Positions 36,747 through 47,009 of a stretch of 64,000 bases of DNA are shown in pieces. Location: the NCBI GenBank assembly GCA_902798595.1, contig CADBXE010000002.1, positions 49,531-113,530 on the forward strand. The letters run 5' to 3'. Made by a program: the position numbers and the translations under genes. Under the pieces are notes generated by a model. It saw only the letters and a program-made list of their open reading frames with translations. It ran no database searches and was not told the DNA's origin. Every line of letters begins with the position of its first letter. Positions within the stretch are counted from its first letter, which is position 1. The stretch comes from an uncultured Erysipelotrichaceae bacterium (GTDB taxonomy: Bacteria; Bacillota_I; Bacilli_A; RFN20; CAG-826).

Positions 36747-37742
36747 TTATTCTAAGAACAAGTCGTCCAAGTCTTTAATGAAGGCTGGAAGTAAGTCGAG
36801 ATTCTTAATTTTCGCGCCACTCGCTTGAGCGTGACCGCCACCTTCCCATTTCGCAGCAACACCATTAATGGCTTTTCCTTTACTTCTAATGGAGACTCTC
36901 CAACAGTTATCTTTTGGATCCTCTGTGATGGAGCACCAAGCGTTAACACCTTCAATGTTAGAAAATAGGTTAACGTTTTCTTTGCCTCTTTCAGTGGTGA
37001 TGTTGAGTTCTTTTTGGATCTTATCATCAAGAACGTAATAGGCAACACCATGTTCAGAAACAGAGAAGTGGTTGAGAATATAAGCGGTGACTTTTAAGTC
37101 ATCAAGCTTCTTTTGATACATCTTGTTATAGACTTCACTTAAATCAATACCAGCTTCTAATAAGTACGAAGCAGTAATGAAACTAGCCTTTGATGTGGAA
37201 GAATATTGGAATCTACCTGAATCACCAGCAATACCAGAATATAAATAAGAAGCGGCTTGCTTACTTAAAACATAGTTTCCTTTAAATGAAAGCAAGATGT
37301 CGGTAACGATTTCCGCTGCAGCACAAGCATCGGTTCTAACAACTTGGACTTTGCCATATTTTTCCACTTCTGGGTGGTGATCAATTTTGATTTTGAATTT
37401 AGCTTTTTTCCATCTTGGATCGGAAATTCTAGACGTGTTCGCAGTGTCTAAGACGATGGCTAAAAATGGTTTTTTAAACCATTCTTCGTCTAATCTATCC
37501 ATCTCTGGATATAAACGTGGAGTAAATGTCACGTGGTTATCACCAAGAACGTGGATTTCCTTTTCTAGGAAATTATCTTTTAACCAAGTTGCTAAACCCA
37601 TTTGAGAACCAAGGGCATCAAAATCAGGCATAGCATGTCTAAAGACAGCAATTCTGTCATAGCGTTTAATCGCACTTAAAATACGAGTAATGTCTCTTTT
37701 GTTTGGTTTTAAAAAGTTAGCAATTGTGGAATCAAGTTTCAT
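36747..37742 (-). CDS. nrnA: DHH/DHHA1 phosphoesterase (NrnA-like nanoRNase / pAp phosphatase)
   Basis: DHH motif KIDHHPEV; GGGH in DHHA1; start ATG 1 nt after the ackA stop. Confidence 0.7.
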   Translation of the reverse strand: MKLDSTIANFLKPNKRDITRILSAIKRYDRIAVFRHAMPDFDALGSQMGLATWLKDNFLEKEIHVLGDNHVTFTPRLYPEMDRLDEEWFKKPFLAIVLDTANTSRISDPRWKKAKFKIKIDHHPEVEKYGKVQVVRTDACAAAEIVTDILLSFKGNYVLSKQAASYLYSGIAGDSGRFQYSSTSKASFITASYLLEAGIDLSEVYNKMYQKKLDDLKVTAYILNHFSVSEHGVAYYVLDDKIQKELNITTERGKENVNLFSNIEGVNAWCSITEDPKDNCWRVSIRSKGKAINGVAAKWEGGGHAQASGAKIKNLDLLPAFIKDLDDLFLE

Positions 37743-37743
37743 G

Positions 37744-38943
37744 TTATTTTCCTTTAACGCACATATCGTAAGCGTCACGAGCAATCATCACTTCTTCGTC
37801 AGTTGGGATGATGGCCACTTTAATTTTGCTATCAGGAGTGGAGATTAAAGCTTCTTTACCATGGATTGGCATATTGATTTCGTTATCAATCTTCACACCT
37901 AAAGCTTCTTCTAATAATTTGCAAACATCTCTACGAGTTCTTGGTTCGTTTTCACCAATACCAGCGGAGAAGATGATTAAGTCACAGCCACCTAATCTCA
38001 CATAGTATTGACCGATGAAATCAGCAATTCTTCTGTTGAAGATTTCGTTAGCTAAGATGGCGTGTTTATCACCAGCTTCAGCAGCGGCAAGCACGTCTCT
38101 AGAGTCGTTAGAAATACCAGACACACCTAAGAAACCTGATTTCTTATTGAACATTTGGTAAACTTCTTCAGCGCTCTTGCCTGTGACAGAAACAACATAG
38201 TTAAAAACGGATGGATCCATATCACCTGTACGGGTACCCATCATGATGCCACCTAAAGGTGTTAAGCCCATTGATGTTGCAACACACTTACCATCTTTAA
38301 TCGCGGTAATGGAAGCACCAGAACCAATGTGGCAGGAGATAATGCGTGGGTGTTCAACGCCTGGTAAATATTTGAGACCTTCTTGGGCTAAATACTTATG
38401 GCTTGTACCATGAGCGCCATATCTTCTAATGTCATATTTTTCTGTTAATTCAAATGGAATTGGGAATGTATAATCCGCTGGAGCCATTGTTTGGTGGAAA
38501 GCTGTATCAAATGTTGCGATTGCTGGGCAGTTTGGTAAAGCTTCTTTGAAGGCTCTAAAACATGTTAAGTGAGCGGCGTTATGAAGTGGGGCAAGTGGAA
38601 TCAAAGATTCAATCTTCTTTTCTGTGTCTTCGTTAAATAAAGCAGAAGCGGAGAAGTATTTACCGCCTTGAACGATACGGTGACCGATTGCCTTAATTTC
38701 ATTAAAATCTTTAATAATACCTTTTTCGATAAAAGACTTAACCACTAATTGAGCAGCAACACCATGATTTGGGAATGCTGGAGTGGTAACATCCTTTTTA
38801 TCGCCATATTTAATTGTGAAAATACCGTCTGGTAAACCAATTCTTTCACAGTTACCAGAACATAAAACTTTTTCTTCTGGCATTTCATAAAGCTTAAACT
38901 TCAATGAAGAGCTACCAGAGTTAATTGTCATTACTTTAGCCAT
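37744..38943 (-). CDS. ackA: Acetate kinase
   Basis: MAKVMTINSGSSSLKFKLYEM...; acetate/propionate kinase signatures. Confidence 0.9.
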   Translation of the reverse strand: MAKVMTINSGSSSLKFKLYEMPEEKVLCSGNCERIGLPDGIFTIKYGDKKDVTTPAFPNHGVAAQLVVKSFIEKGIIKDFNEIKAIGHRIVQGGKYFSASALFNEDTEKKIESLIPLAPLHNAAHLTCFRAFKEALPNCPAIATFDTAFHQTMAPADYTFPIPFELTEKYDIRRYGAHGTSHKYLAQEGLKYLPGVEHPRIISCHIGSGASITAIKDGKCVATSMGLTPLGGIMMGTRTGDMDPSVFNYVVSVTGKSAEEVYQMFNKKSGFLGVSGISNDSRDVLAAAEAGDKHAILANEIFNRRIADFIGQYYVRLGGCDLIIFSAGIGENEPRTRRDVCKLLEEALGVKIDNEINMPIHGKEALISTPDSKIKVAIIPTDEEVMIARDAYDMCVKGK

Positions 38944-39103
38944 AATAATATCCTTTCAAAGTACACCATATTATTGCATAGTTATCTTTTTCTTTCAATT
39001 CATTATATGAATTAATTGTTTTTGCTCATCCAAACAACTCTTAGCAGATTATTTATCTTATTTTTAACTTGCTTTTGTGAGCGCTTATCATAAAAATATT
39101 CTT

Positions 39104-39616
39104 ATGAAACATTCATTACTTTTTCTCTCATTACCAATATTCTTGCTCTCATCGTGTGGTCCATTAAAAGGTGGCACAGATGAAAAATTCATGACTAAGA
39201 ATGTTGAGACATTAATTGACAACATGAACAATAAAGACGTTGACGCTATCTACGAGACTTTTTCTAATAATAGAAAGAACGCCATACCAACTCTTAAAGA
39301 TGATATAAGATCGCTGTGCGATTATTACCAAGGTGGAAAGTTAAAAAAGTGGATTAAATATGGTGGAAGCGGTAGTAAAACATATTATGAAAACCATAAA
39401 AAAAGGCTTACGATCCACGATAGTTTTCAAGTTGAATGTGAAAATCAAAGCTATACCATCGCTATTAGTTGGCGAAGATATGATTCTTGGGAAAAAGACA
39501 ACGTTGGTTTATGGCTTATCGAAATGTCTGAATATGAAGAAGGCGTAAACTGGCCAAATAAAGACACAAAAATCACCGTTGGAGAAGAAGAAAAATCAAC
39601 TAGTGAAAATCAATAA
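39104..39616 (+). CDS. Hypothetical lipoprotein (~170 aa)
   Basis: MKHSLLFLSLPIFLLSSCG signal plus lipobox; ORF-track start 39077 is GTG, so the start is uncertain. Confidence 0.4.
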   Translation: MKHSLLFLSLPIFLLSSCGPLKGGTDEKFMTKNVETLIDNMNNKDVDAIYETFSNNRKNAIPTLKDDIRSLCDYYQGGKLKKWIKYGGSGSKTYYENHKKRLTIHDSFQVECENQSYTIAISWRRYDSWEKDNVGLWLIEMSEYEEGVNWPNKDTKITVGEEEKSTSENQ

Positions 39617-39636
39617 AAATAGGTTAAAAAATTATA

Positions 39637-39668
39637 GAACCATGGTAAAACGTGGTTCTTTTCTTTGA
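39637..39668 (+). terminator. Rho-independent terminator
   Basis: AGAACCA-TGGTAAAACG-TGGTTCT followed by TTTCTTT. Confidence 0.55.
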
Positions 39669-39739
39669 AAAGTTTTTCATTCTTCAATTCAAATTATCAA
39701 TAAGTTAAATTATAATTTAATATTATGAGGTAACTCTTT

Positions 39740-41572
39740 ATGGCTTTTGGATTACTTTACGACTTCCTCAACGGACAATGCATTGACGCTCATAACTACT
39801 TCGGTGCCCACTTTAATGAAAAAGATGGAAAGGGCTATGTCACCTTCCGCTTATACGCTCCTATGGCGGATGATGTCTCTGTCATCGGTGAATGGAACAA
39901 CTGGGATGTCACCAAAGACAAGATGCAAAAAATCGATCTTGCGGGTGTTTGGGAAGTTACTATTGAAGGCCTAAAGAATTACCAATGCTATAAGTATCAT
40001 TTTAAAAACGCTAAAGGTGAATATGTCGATAAAATCGACCCATTCGCTTTTTATAGTGAATTAAGACCTGGCACATGTTCGCGTTTGTTTGATAATCGTA
40101 ACTTTGCTTGGCACGATGATTCTTGGCTTAAAGCGAGAACCAGAAACTTTGACACACCAATGTCCATCTATGAAATGCATTTAGGTTCGTGGAAAGGCAT
40201 TGCTCCTGATGGCCATACATATTCATACGAAGAAATTGCTGACTTCCTTATTCCTTATATAAAGGAAATGGGCTATACCCATGTGGAATTCATGCCATTA
40301 ATCCAATATCCATTTGATGGTTCTTGGGGCTATCAAGGAACAGGCTTCTTCTCTATTGATTCAAGATACGGAAATCCTTTCCAACTCATGTCTTTAATCG
40401 ACAGACTTCACCAAGCGGGAATCGGTGCAATTATCGATTTCGCGCCTGTGCACTTCGCTAATGACGAATGGGCGCTTGCTGAATACGATGGCAGCTGTTT
40501 GTTTGAATACTCCAATGAATGGAGAGTTTCTCCTTGGGGTTCTTTGCAATTTGATTTGGGCAAAGACCCAGTGAGAAGCTTCTTAATGAGTGCGATGAAT
40601 TACTTCGTCGACTATTTCCATTTCGATGGTGTCCGTGTGGACGCTGTTAGTAACATTGTTTACTACAATGGTGATAGCTCAATCGGTCAAAACGATGGTG
40701 CGGTTGAATTCATTAAGAGATTAAACGCTAAGATTCACATCGCTCACGATAGTGTGATGATGATTGCAGAAGATAGTACTGCCTTCTCAGGCACAACTAG
40801 ACCAACAGAACATGGTGGTCTTGGCTTTGACTATAAATGGGACCTTGGTTGGATGAACGATACTTTGAAGTATTATGCTAAAGATCCAGTCTACAAGAAA
40901 TGGGAACACTACAACATCACATTTAGCATGGCCTATTTCTATAGCGATAACTTCATGCTTCCTTTATCTCACGACGAAGTCGTTCATGGTAAAGGTACCA
41001 TTATCAATAAGATGTGGGGCGACTATTATCAAAAGTTTGCTTTGGTGCGTAACTTATACACTTATCAATTTGCCCATCCAGGTAAGAAATTATTGTTCAT
41101 GGGCAATGAACTGGCTTCGTTTGATGAATGGAATGAAAATAAATCCCTTCCTTGGGTGCTTAAGACATTCCCAGTTCATGATAGCGTGGCGCGTTTGGTG
41201 AGAGATTTAAACTTAATCTACCGTAATCACAAAGCGATGTTCTTTGAAGAACATAATCCAATCCATTACCACTGGTTAATGGTGGACAATTCTAATGACA
41301 GCATTTACGCATTCCAAAGGAATGTTGGTGACGAAACACTCGTTTTCGTCTTTAATATGACCACAAATTACTATGAATCATTTGCCATTCCATTAATGGA
41401 AATGGGTACTTATGAGGAAATATTTAATTCTGATAAAGATGTTTATGGTGGTGATAATCAATACAACGGTTTGCCTGTTGATAGTGAACCAGGTAGTTTT
41501 GAAGGTTTACCAGCCCATATGAACATCAAGATTGCAAGTTTGGGAGCTTGTATTTTTAAGAAAATTAAATAA
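39740..41572 (+). CDS. glgB: 1,4-alpha-glucan (glycogen) branching enzyme
   Basis: GH13 motifs DFAPVHF, GVRVDAV, EDST; 610 aa. Confidence 0.85.
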   Translation: MAFGLLYDFLNGQCIDAHNYFGAHFNEKDGKGYVTFRLYAPMADDVSVIGEWNNWDVTKDKMQKIDLAGVWEVTIEGLKNYQCYKYHFKNAKGEYVDKIDPFAFYSELRPGTCSRLFDNRNFAWHDDSWLKARTRNFDTPMSIYEMHLGSWKGIAPDGHTYSYEEIADFLIPYIKEMGYTHVEFMPLIQYPFDGSWGYQGTGFFSIDSRYGNPFQLMSLIDRLHQAGIGAIIDFAPVHFANDEWALAEYDGSCLFEYSNEWRVSPWGSLQFDLGKDPVRSFLMSAMNYFVDYFHFDGVRVDAVSNIVYYNGDSSIGQNDGAVEFIKRLNAKIHIAHDSVMMIAEDSTAFSGTTRPTEHGGLGFDYKWDLGWMNDTLKYYAKDPVYKKWEHYNITFSMAYFYSDNFMLPLSHDEVVHGKGTIINKMWGDYYQKFALVRNLYTYQFAHPGKKLLFMGNELASFDEWNENKSLPWVLKTFPVHDSVARLVRDLNLIYRNHKAMFFEEHNPIHYHWLMVDNSNDSIYAFQRNVGDETLVFVFNMTTNYYESFAIPLMEMGTYEEIFNSDKDVYGGDNQYNGLPVDSEPGSFEGLPAHMNIKIASLGACIFKKIK

Positions 41573-41586
41573 GGAGAATTTCGTTT

Positions 41587-43989
41587 ATGTTCGATAATAA
41601 ACAACAATTCAAAGAAGAATATGCCCGTCGTCTCCAAGAAAGATACGGCGTGACCATCGAAACAAGTCATATCTCTGAACGATATACAGTTTTAGGGGAA
41701 ATGGTCAGAGACTACGCTAACGTGGACTGGGGCAGAACTCACGATAAAACAATTAAAAAACAAAAAACATTAGTTTACTTCTCCATGGAATTCTTAATTG
41801 GTAGATTGCTTGTTAACAATCTCCAAAACATGGGTATCTATGATGTAGTTAAAGAAGGTTTAGCCGATTACGGCATTAATATTCACGAATTAGAAGAACA
41901 AGAAAGTGATGCCGGCTTAGGCAATGGTGGTCTTGGTCGTCTCGCTGCTTGCTTCTTAGATAGCATCGCTTCACTTGGCTATGTTGGACATGGTAACTGT
42001 ATCCGTTATGGATATGGCTTCTTCCGACAAAAGATTGTTAGAGGCAAGCAAGTGGAATTACCAGATCAATGGCTAACCAATGGTAACGCATGGGAAGTGA
42101 GAAGGGCCAAATACGCTGTTGAAGTGAAATTATATGGTACTCCTGAAACATATTTAAAACCTGATGGTACATATGGCATCCGCACTGCAAATACATTAAA
42201 TGTGCGCGCTGTTCCTTACGACGTGCCTGTTGTAGGCTACCGAAATCATGTAACTAACACATTAAGACTTTGGAACGCTGAACCAACAAATGATCCATTG
42301 CCAAAAGGTGTCACATTCAAAGAATACTGCAACGGCTTAGAAGAATTATGTCATGGTCTTTATCCAGATGATTCCACTGAAGAAGGCCGTATCTTAAGAC
42401 TCAGACAACAATATTTCTTAGTCAGTGCGGGCTTACAAAGTACACTTTGTTCCTATTATAGACATCATGGTACCCTAAAGGGTATTCATGAGCAATACGT
42501 TTTCCAATTAAACGACACTCACCCAATCTTGGCCATTCCAGAAATGATGAGAATTATGATGGATGAATACGATATGGGTTGGGATGAAGCTTGGGAAGAA
42601 GTCACCCAATCAATGGCGTTCACTAACCACACAGTTATGCCTGAAGCCTTAGAAAAGTGGCCAGTTAACTATGTCCAAAACCTCATTCCTCGTGTCTATA
42701 TGATTATCGAAGAAATCAATCGTCGTTTCTCCATAGAAATGGCTAACAATAATGTCCCTAATGACGCTAGATATCAAATGAGCATTATTAAAGACGGACA
42801 AATCCATATGTGTAACCTCGCTATTTATACTTCGTTCTCGGTGAATGGTGTTGCGGCCTTACACACTGAAATCTTAAAGAGCATTACCTTCAAAGATTTC
42901 TATAACTACATGCCACAAAAGTTCAATAACAAGACAAACGGTGTCACTCATCGTAGATGGCTTGTTTACGCAAACCCAAAATTAACTCAGTTAATCAATA
43001 GTTGTATTGGTGAAGATTGGATTACTAATATGGACTTAATCAAGGGCTTTGAAAAATTCAAAGACGATGAGAAAGTCTTAAAGTCTATTGGCAATATTAA
43101 ATACGCTAATAAGGTAGCTTTGGCGAATTACATTAAAGAAAATAACGGTATTGAAGTTGATCCTGATTCCATCTTTGATATTCAAATCAAAAGACTCCAT
43201 GCCTATAAGAGACAACTCTTAAATATTTTCCACGTCATTTACTTATACCAAAGAATGAAGGAAGACCCATCATTTAGAATCTACCCGCACACCTATATCT
43301 TTGGTGCGAAGGCAGCGCCTAGCTACACATATGCGAAAAAGATTATCGAATTAATCCTCGCTGTAGCGGACGTCATCAATAATGATGAAGAAACAAACAA
43401 GTTCCTCAAAGTAGTTTTTATCGAAAACTATGGTGTCACATTAGCCGAACTCATTATTCCGGCAGCGGACGTTAGTGAACAAATCTCTACCGCTGGTAAA
43501 GAAGCGAGTGGTACTTCTAACATGAAACTGATGATGAATGGTGCGATTACTCTTGGCACAATGGATGGTGCAAACATTGAGATCGTCCAACGTGGTGGAG
43601 AAGAAAATAACGTCATCTTTGGTTTAAGAAGTGAAGAAGTTGAAGAACACTATGCTAAACAAGACTACAATCCATGGGATATATATAATAACGATTACCG
43701 CGTAAAGAGTGTTTTAGATTCTTTATTCAATGGTCCATGGTCTGGTTTCCGTCATGATAAGTTTACCATCATCTTTGATGAAATCATGAACAAGCGTGAT
43801 GAATATTTCATTCTCGCAGACTTCGATTCTTACGTTAAAGCGCAAGAAAAGATTCAAGAACTCTATCAAAACAAATCACTTTGGAACAAAATGTGCTTAA
43901 TGAATATCGCAAACTCTGGCTTCTTTACAAGCGATAGAACAATCAAGAGTTACGCTGAAGAAATTTGGCACTTAGAGAAGGTTAAATAA
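41587..43989 (+). CDS. glgP: Glycogen/maltodextrin phosphorylase
   Basis: EASGTSNMK PLP-lysine motif; 800 aa. Confidence 0.85.
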   Translation: MFDNKQQFKEEYARRLQERYGVTIETSHISERYTVLGEMVRDYANVDWGRTHDKTIKKQKTLVYFSMEFLIGRLLVNNLQNMGIYDVVKEGLADYGINIHELEEQESDAGLGNGGLGRLAACFLDSIASLGYVGHGNCIRYGYGFFRQKIVRGKQVELPDQWLTNGNAWEVRRAKYAVEVKLYGTPETYLKPDGTYGIRTANTLNVRAVPYDVPVVGYRNHVTNTLRLWNAEPTNDPLPKGVTFKEYCNGLEELCHGLYPDDSTEEGRILRLRQQYFLVSAGLQSTLCSYYRHHGTLKGIHEQYVFQLNDTHPILAIPEMMRIMMDEYDMGWDEAWEEVTQSMAFTNHTVMPEALEKWPVNYVQNLIPRVYMIIEEINRRFSIEMANNNVPNDARYQMSIIKDGQIHMCNLAIYTSFSVNGVAALHTEILKSITFKDFYNYMPQKFNNKTNGVTHRRWLVYANPKLTQLINSCIGEDWITNMDLIKGFEKFKDDEKVLKSIGNIKYANKVALANYIKENNGIEVDPDSIFDIQIKRLHAYKRQLLNIFHVIYLYQRMKEDPSFRIYPHTYIFGAKAAPSYTYAKKIIELILAVADVINNDEETNKFLKVVFIENYGVTLAELIIPAADVSEQISTAGKEASGTSNMKLMMNGAITLGTMDGANIEIVQRGGEENNVIFGLRSEEVEEHYAKQDYNPWDIYNNDYRVKSVLDSLFNGPWSGFRHDKFTIIFDEIMNKRDEYFILADFDSYVKAQEKIQELYQNKSLWNKMCLMNIANSGFFTSDRTIKSYAEEIWHLEKVK

Positions 43990-43991
43990 TT

Positions 43992-44483
43992 ATGGCAATT
44001 GAACTATCAAATTTGTATCAAAAACAAAGCGAATTAGACGCTCGAATCGCTGAAAATCATGGCGTTACATATGCTTCCACAAGAAGTAGACGCATCTTAG
44101 CGTTGCTTGTTGAATTTGGTGAATTCGCTAACGCTACTAGATGCTTTAAATATTGGTCCAACAAACCAAGTGAAGCGCAAGATGTCGTCTTAGACGAATA
44201 TGTCGATGGTTTACATTTTTTCCTATCTTTAGGCATTGATATCAAAGCTAGTAAAAGAAAATATAACTACACCAAACATAGTGATGATCTCACAGAACAA
44301 ATCTTAGAAGTCTATAGATTAGCCGCTATCTTCTTAAAGAAACAAGATGAAAAGAGCTATATCAAAGCTTTTCAAGCCTTTATCAATATCGTGCCTATCT
44401 TAAAAGTGAGATGGTCCACAATTGAAAAGGCCTATTATAAAAAACTCGGTGAAAACTATCACCGTCAAGACACTAACTATTAA
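43992..44483 (+). CDS. Dimeric all-alpha dUTP diphosphatase family protein (dUTPase_2-like)
   Basis: LALLVEFGEFANATRCFKYWS and VDGLHFFLSLG resemble the Campylobacter-type dimeric dUTPase core motifs. Confidence 0.5.
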   Translation: MAIELSNLYQKQSELDARIAENHGVTYASTRSRRILALLVEFGEFANATRCFKYWSNKPSEAQDVVLDEYVDGLHFFLSLGIDIKASKRKYNYTKHSDDLTEQILEVYRLAAIFLKKQDEKSYIKAFQAFINIVPILKVRWSTIEKAYYKKLGENYHRQDTNY

Positions 44484-44490
44484 AAGTAAG

Positions 44491-44518
44491 GCTGAACGCA
44501 AAAAAGTTCAGCTTTTTT
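44491..44518 (+). terminator. Rho-independent terminator
   Basis: GCTGAAC-GCAAAAAA-GTTCAGC followed by TTTTTT. Confidence 0.65.
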
Positions 44519-44567
44519 AGCGGTTTTCTCTTTTTCTGTCGTCTTATTTGGTGAGAGGAACAAAACT

Positions 44568-45164
44568 ATGAAAAAGACTCCATTATTAATATTCGCTATC
44601 TTGTCCGCTTTAGCGTTATCTGCCTGTGCTAACTCTAACTATATTGAATGTGAAGAAATTAGCTTAGGCGAACAAACTTATTATGGAGAGAAAGAAGATG
44701 GTAGTTATGAACTAGTTTGCCAATATCGCGCTACTAGTGATTGCTCCTCAGAATATCAAGGCCGTGAAGGTTCGTTTGTTAATTTCTTTGTGACGTTAGA
44801 AAAAAATGAAAAAGCGCCAACATTTCCAACAGATTTGAGAATTAATTATTCTTCTTATGATGGTTCTCATGGTTATCAACAACTAGAATATGCAAAGACA
44901 CTTGGCAAGTACCATTCTTACCGTCACTGCTATATCTCAAAAGATGAAAAGAAAATTAAATACAATGAATGCAACTGGGTGCCAATTCATGCTCCACATG
45001 ATGATGAAGCACAAAACCAGCGTGCTTATAGATTTGATTATTACGAAAAGAAGATTGATAGTACCTATAATGCGGGATGTATTGTTTACTTTATCGAGAC
45101 TACTACCTATGAAGATGTTATCGACGTTAACCCTGAACTTACTTTAAGTTATAAAAAGCTTTAG
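44568..45164 (+). CDS. Hypothetical Cys-rich lipoprotein (198 aa)
   Basis: Signal plus lipobox ALSACANS; 9 Cys in the mature part. Confidence 0.45.
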   Translation: MKKTPLLIFAILSALALSACANSNYIECEEISLGEQTYYGEKEDGSYELVCQYRATSDCSSEYQGREGSFVNFFVTLEKNEKAPTFPTDLRINYSSYDGSHGYQQLEYAKTLGKYHSYRHCYISKDEKKIKYNECNWVPIHAPHDDEAQNQRAYRFDYYEKKIDSTYNAGCIVYFIETTTYEDVIDVNPELTLSYKKL

Positions 45165-45592
45165 ATTAAAGAATCAATATCGTTTTCACTATAGACTTCG
45201 ATACCTTTTTCTTTTAAATATTCCGCAGTCACACCCATACCAGAGATTTCTTTATGTGAGAAGCTACCATCATAAATGATCTTGCTACCACATGAAGGAG
45301 ATTTCTCTTTGAGAATGACTTTCTTAATTTTCAAAAACAAACAAATATTGAACGCTAATTCAGCGCCTTTGAGATAGCTATTAGTGACGTCTTCTCCATC
45401 TTGATTAACGACTCTATCACCAATACGTTCCGCTGGTGTACGAGGAATAGATAAACCACCTTCTACTTCAGGGCAGAAAGGAATGAGTTCATATTTCTCT
45501 AATAAAGCGTCAAGTTTAGGCGTGAGATTATTGCCACCGTTATACTTAACGTTATCGCCCACTAGGCACGCTGAGATTAAGATTCTTTCCAT
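45161..45592 (-). CDS. DUF523-family protein (TudS-like Fe-S thiouracil desulfidase fold)
   Basis: N-terminal ILISACLVG...CPEVEGG...CGS Cys ligand pattern typical of DUF523. Confidence 0.5.
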   Translation of the reverse strand: MERILISACLVGDNVKYNGGNNLTPKLDALLEKYELIPFCPEVEGGLSIPRTPAERIGDRVVNQDGEDVTNSYLKGAELAFNICLFLKIKKVILKEKSPSCGSKIIYDGSFSHKEISGMGVTAEYLKEKGIEVYSENDIDSLI

Positions 45593-45653
45593 ATCACCGA
45601 TATTAAATCATAAATGATTATCAATATCTATCTTTTAGTTTTACAATAAGAGC

Positions 45654-46289
45654 ATGAATAAATCTTTTATTTATTGCCTTAACAATCAGGAGTATACAGT
45701 TAATATCACCTACAAAAGAATCAGAAATATCCATTATCGTTTTAAGGATGGTGCTTTTGAAATTAGCTGTCATAGATTAACACCAATGTCCATTATTAAA
45801 AGTGGGTTAGAAAAGTTTGCGCCTAGACTCATCAAAAGAAGCGCTAAAACGCAAGCGGAAACTGATGATTATATCTATATCCTTGGTAACAAGATTCCTC
45901 TTACCTTTCCAGGCAGTATCAACTTCTTAGATGAAGTAATTGATTTTGATAATAAAGAACAGCTAAAGAAGAAACTTAGAAAAGCGTTCCTTAGTTACCT
46001 AACTAATCAAACAGAGAAATGGGCCAAAGTAATGAACGCTCCGATGTATCAAATTAAGATTAGAGAAATGCGTTCTAGATATGGCACAAACAACAGGGCA
46101 AAGAAAACCATTACCTATTCCATGACTCTTCTTTACTATTCGCCAGAAATCATTGATTCCGTTATTATCCACGAATTAACACACTGTTTTGTTTACGATC
46201 ACAGCGATAATTTTTATCGCTTGTTATATAAATATTGTCCTAACTATGATATGTTAAGAAAGAAACTCATAAAGGCGGTCTTTGAATAA
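45654..46289 (+). CDS. YgjP/DUF45-family metal-dependent hydrolase (HExxH)
   Basis: C-terminal IIHELTHCFVYDHS zincin-like motif; 211 aa. Confidence 0.55.
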   Translation: MNKSFIYCLNNQEYTVNITYKRIRNIHYRFKDGAFEISCHRLTPMSIIKSGLEKFAPRLIKRSAKTQAETDDYIYILGNKIPLTFPGSINFLDEVIDFDNKEQLKKKLRKAFLSYLTNQTEKWAKVMNAPMYQIKIREMRSRYGTNNRAKKTITYSMTLLYYSPEIIDSVIIHELTHCFVYDHSDNFYRLLYKYCPNYDMLRKKLIKAVFE

Positions 46290-47008
46290 TGTTAGAAATC
46301 ACTTCCAAAAATAATCAAAAGATTAAAGATGCTGCTAGTTTAAAAATGAAGAAAACTAGACAAGAAAAAGATCTTTTCTTAATGGAAGGAATTAAGAACT
46401 TAGATATGGCCTTAAAGTATGGAAAAGTTAAAACCATCTTTACAAGCATTGGCCTTCCTAAACTTGGTCAAGATATCGAAACTTACAAAGTAAACGATGA
46501 AATCATCGCTAAATTAGCGGCCTCTACAAACCCTGAAGGTGTCGTCTTTATCTGTGAAGCTCTAAAACCTCAAAAAGAAAAGAAAGACTACCATAAAATT
46601 CTTTATTTAGATCACATTAACGATCCAGGTAATTTAGGCACAATGATTAGAACCGCTGCGGCATTTAGTTATGACGCAGTTATCATGAGTGAAGGTACCT
46701 GTGATTTATATAACGAAAAAGTCATCGCGGCTTCTAAAGGCAGTATCTTTTTGATTGACTGCATCTATGATGATATCGCTAATTACGATAAGCCAATTAT
46801 CGTTAGCGTTCTTGATGATGACACAGTTCCTTTAAGTGAGGCTAAACCATTAAAAGATTTCATCTTAGTGATTGGTAATGAATCACATGGTGTATCCGAA
46901 GAAATCATCACTAAAGCTAGCCAAAAAGTGAAAATCGAGATGAGTGATAAAATCGATTCATTAAACGCTGCGATAGCCGCAGGTATTTTAATGAACCATT
47001 ATAAGTAA
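46289..47008 (+). CDS. SpoU/TrmH family RNA 2'-O-methyltransferase
   Basis: LDHINDPGNLGTMIRTAAAF and VIGNESHGVS SPOUT motifs. Confidence 0.7.
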   Translation: MLEITSKNNQKIKDAASLKMKKTRQEKDLFLMEGIKNLDMALKYGKVKTIFTSIGLPKLGQDIETYKVNDEIIAKLAASTNPEGVVFICEALKPQKEKKDYHKILYLDHINDPGNLGTMIRTAAAFSYDAVIMSEGTCDLYNEKVIAASKGSIFLIDCIYDDIANYDKPIIVSVLDDDTVPLSEAKPLKDFILVIGNESHGVSEEIITKASQKVKIEMSDKIDSLNAAIAAGILMNHYK

Positions 47009-47009
47009 T

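Noticed and set aside
39040-39075. TGTGAGCGCTTATCA near ackA, considered as a cre (CcpA) site
   Set aside because: It fails the TGWAANCGNTNWCA consensus at several fixed positions in either orientation.
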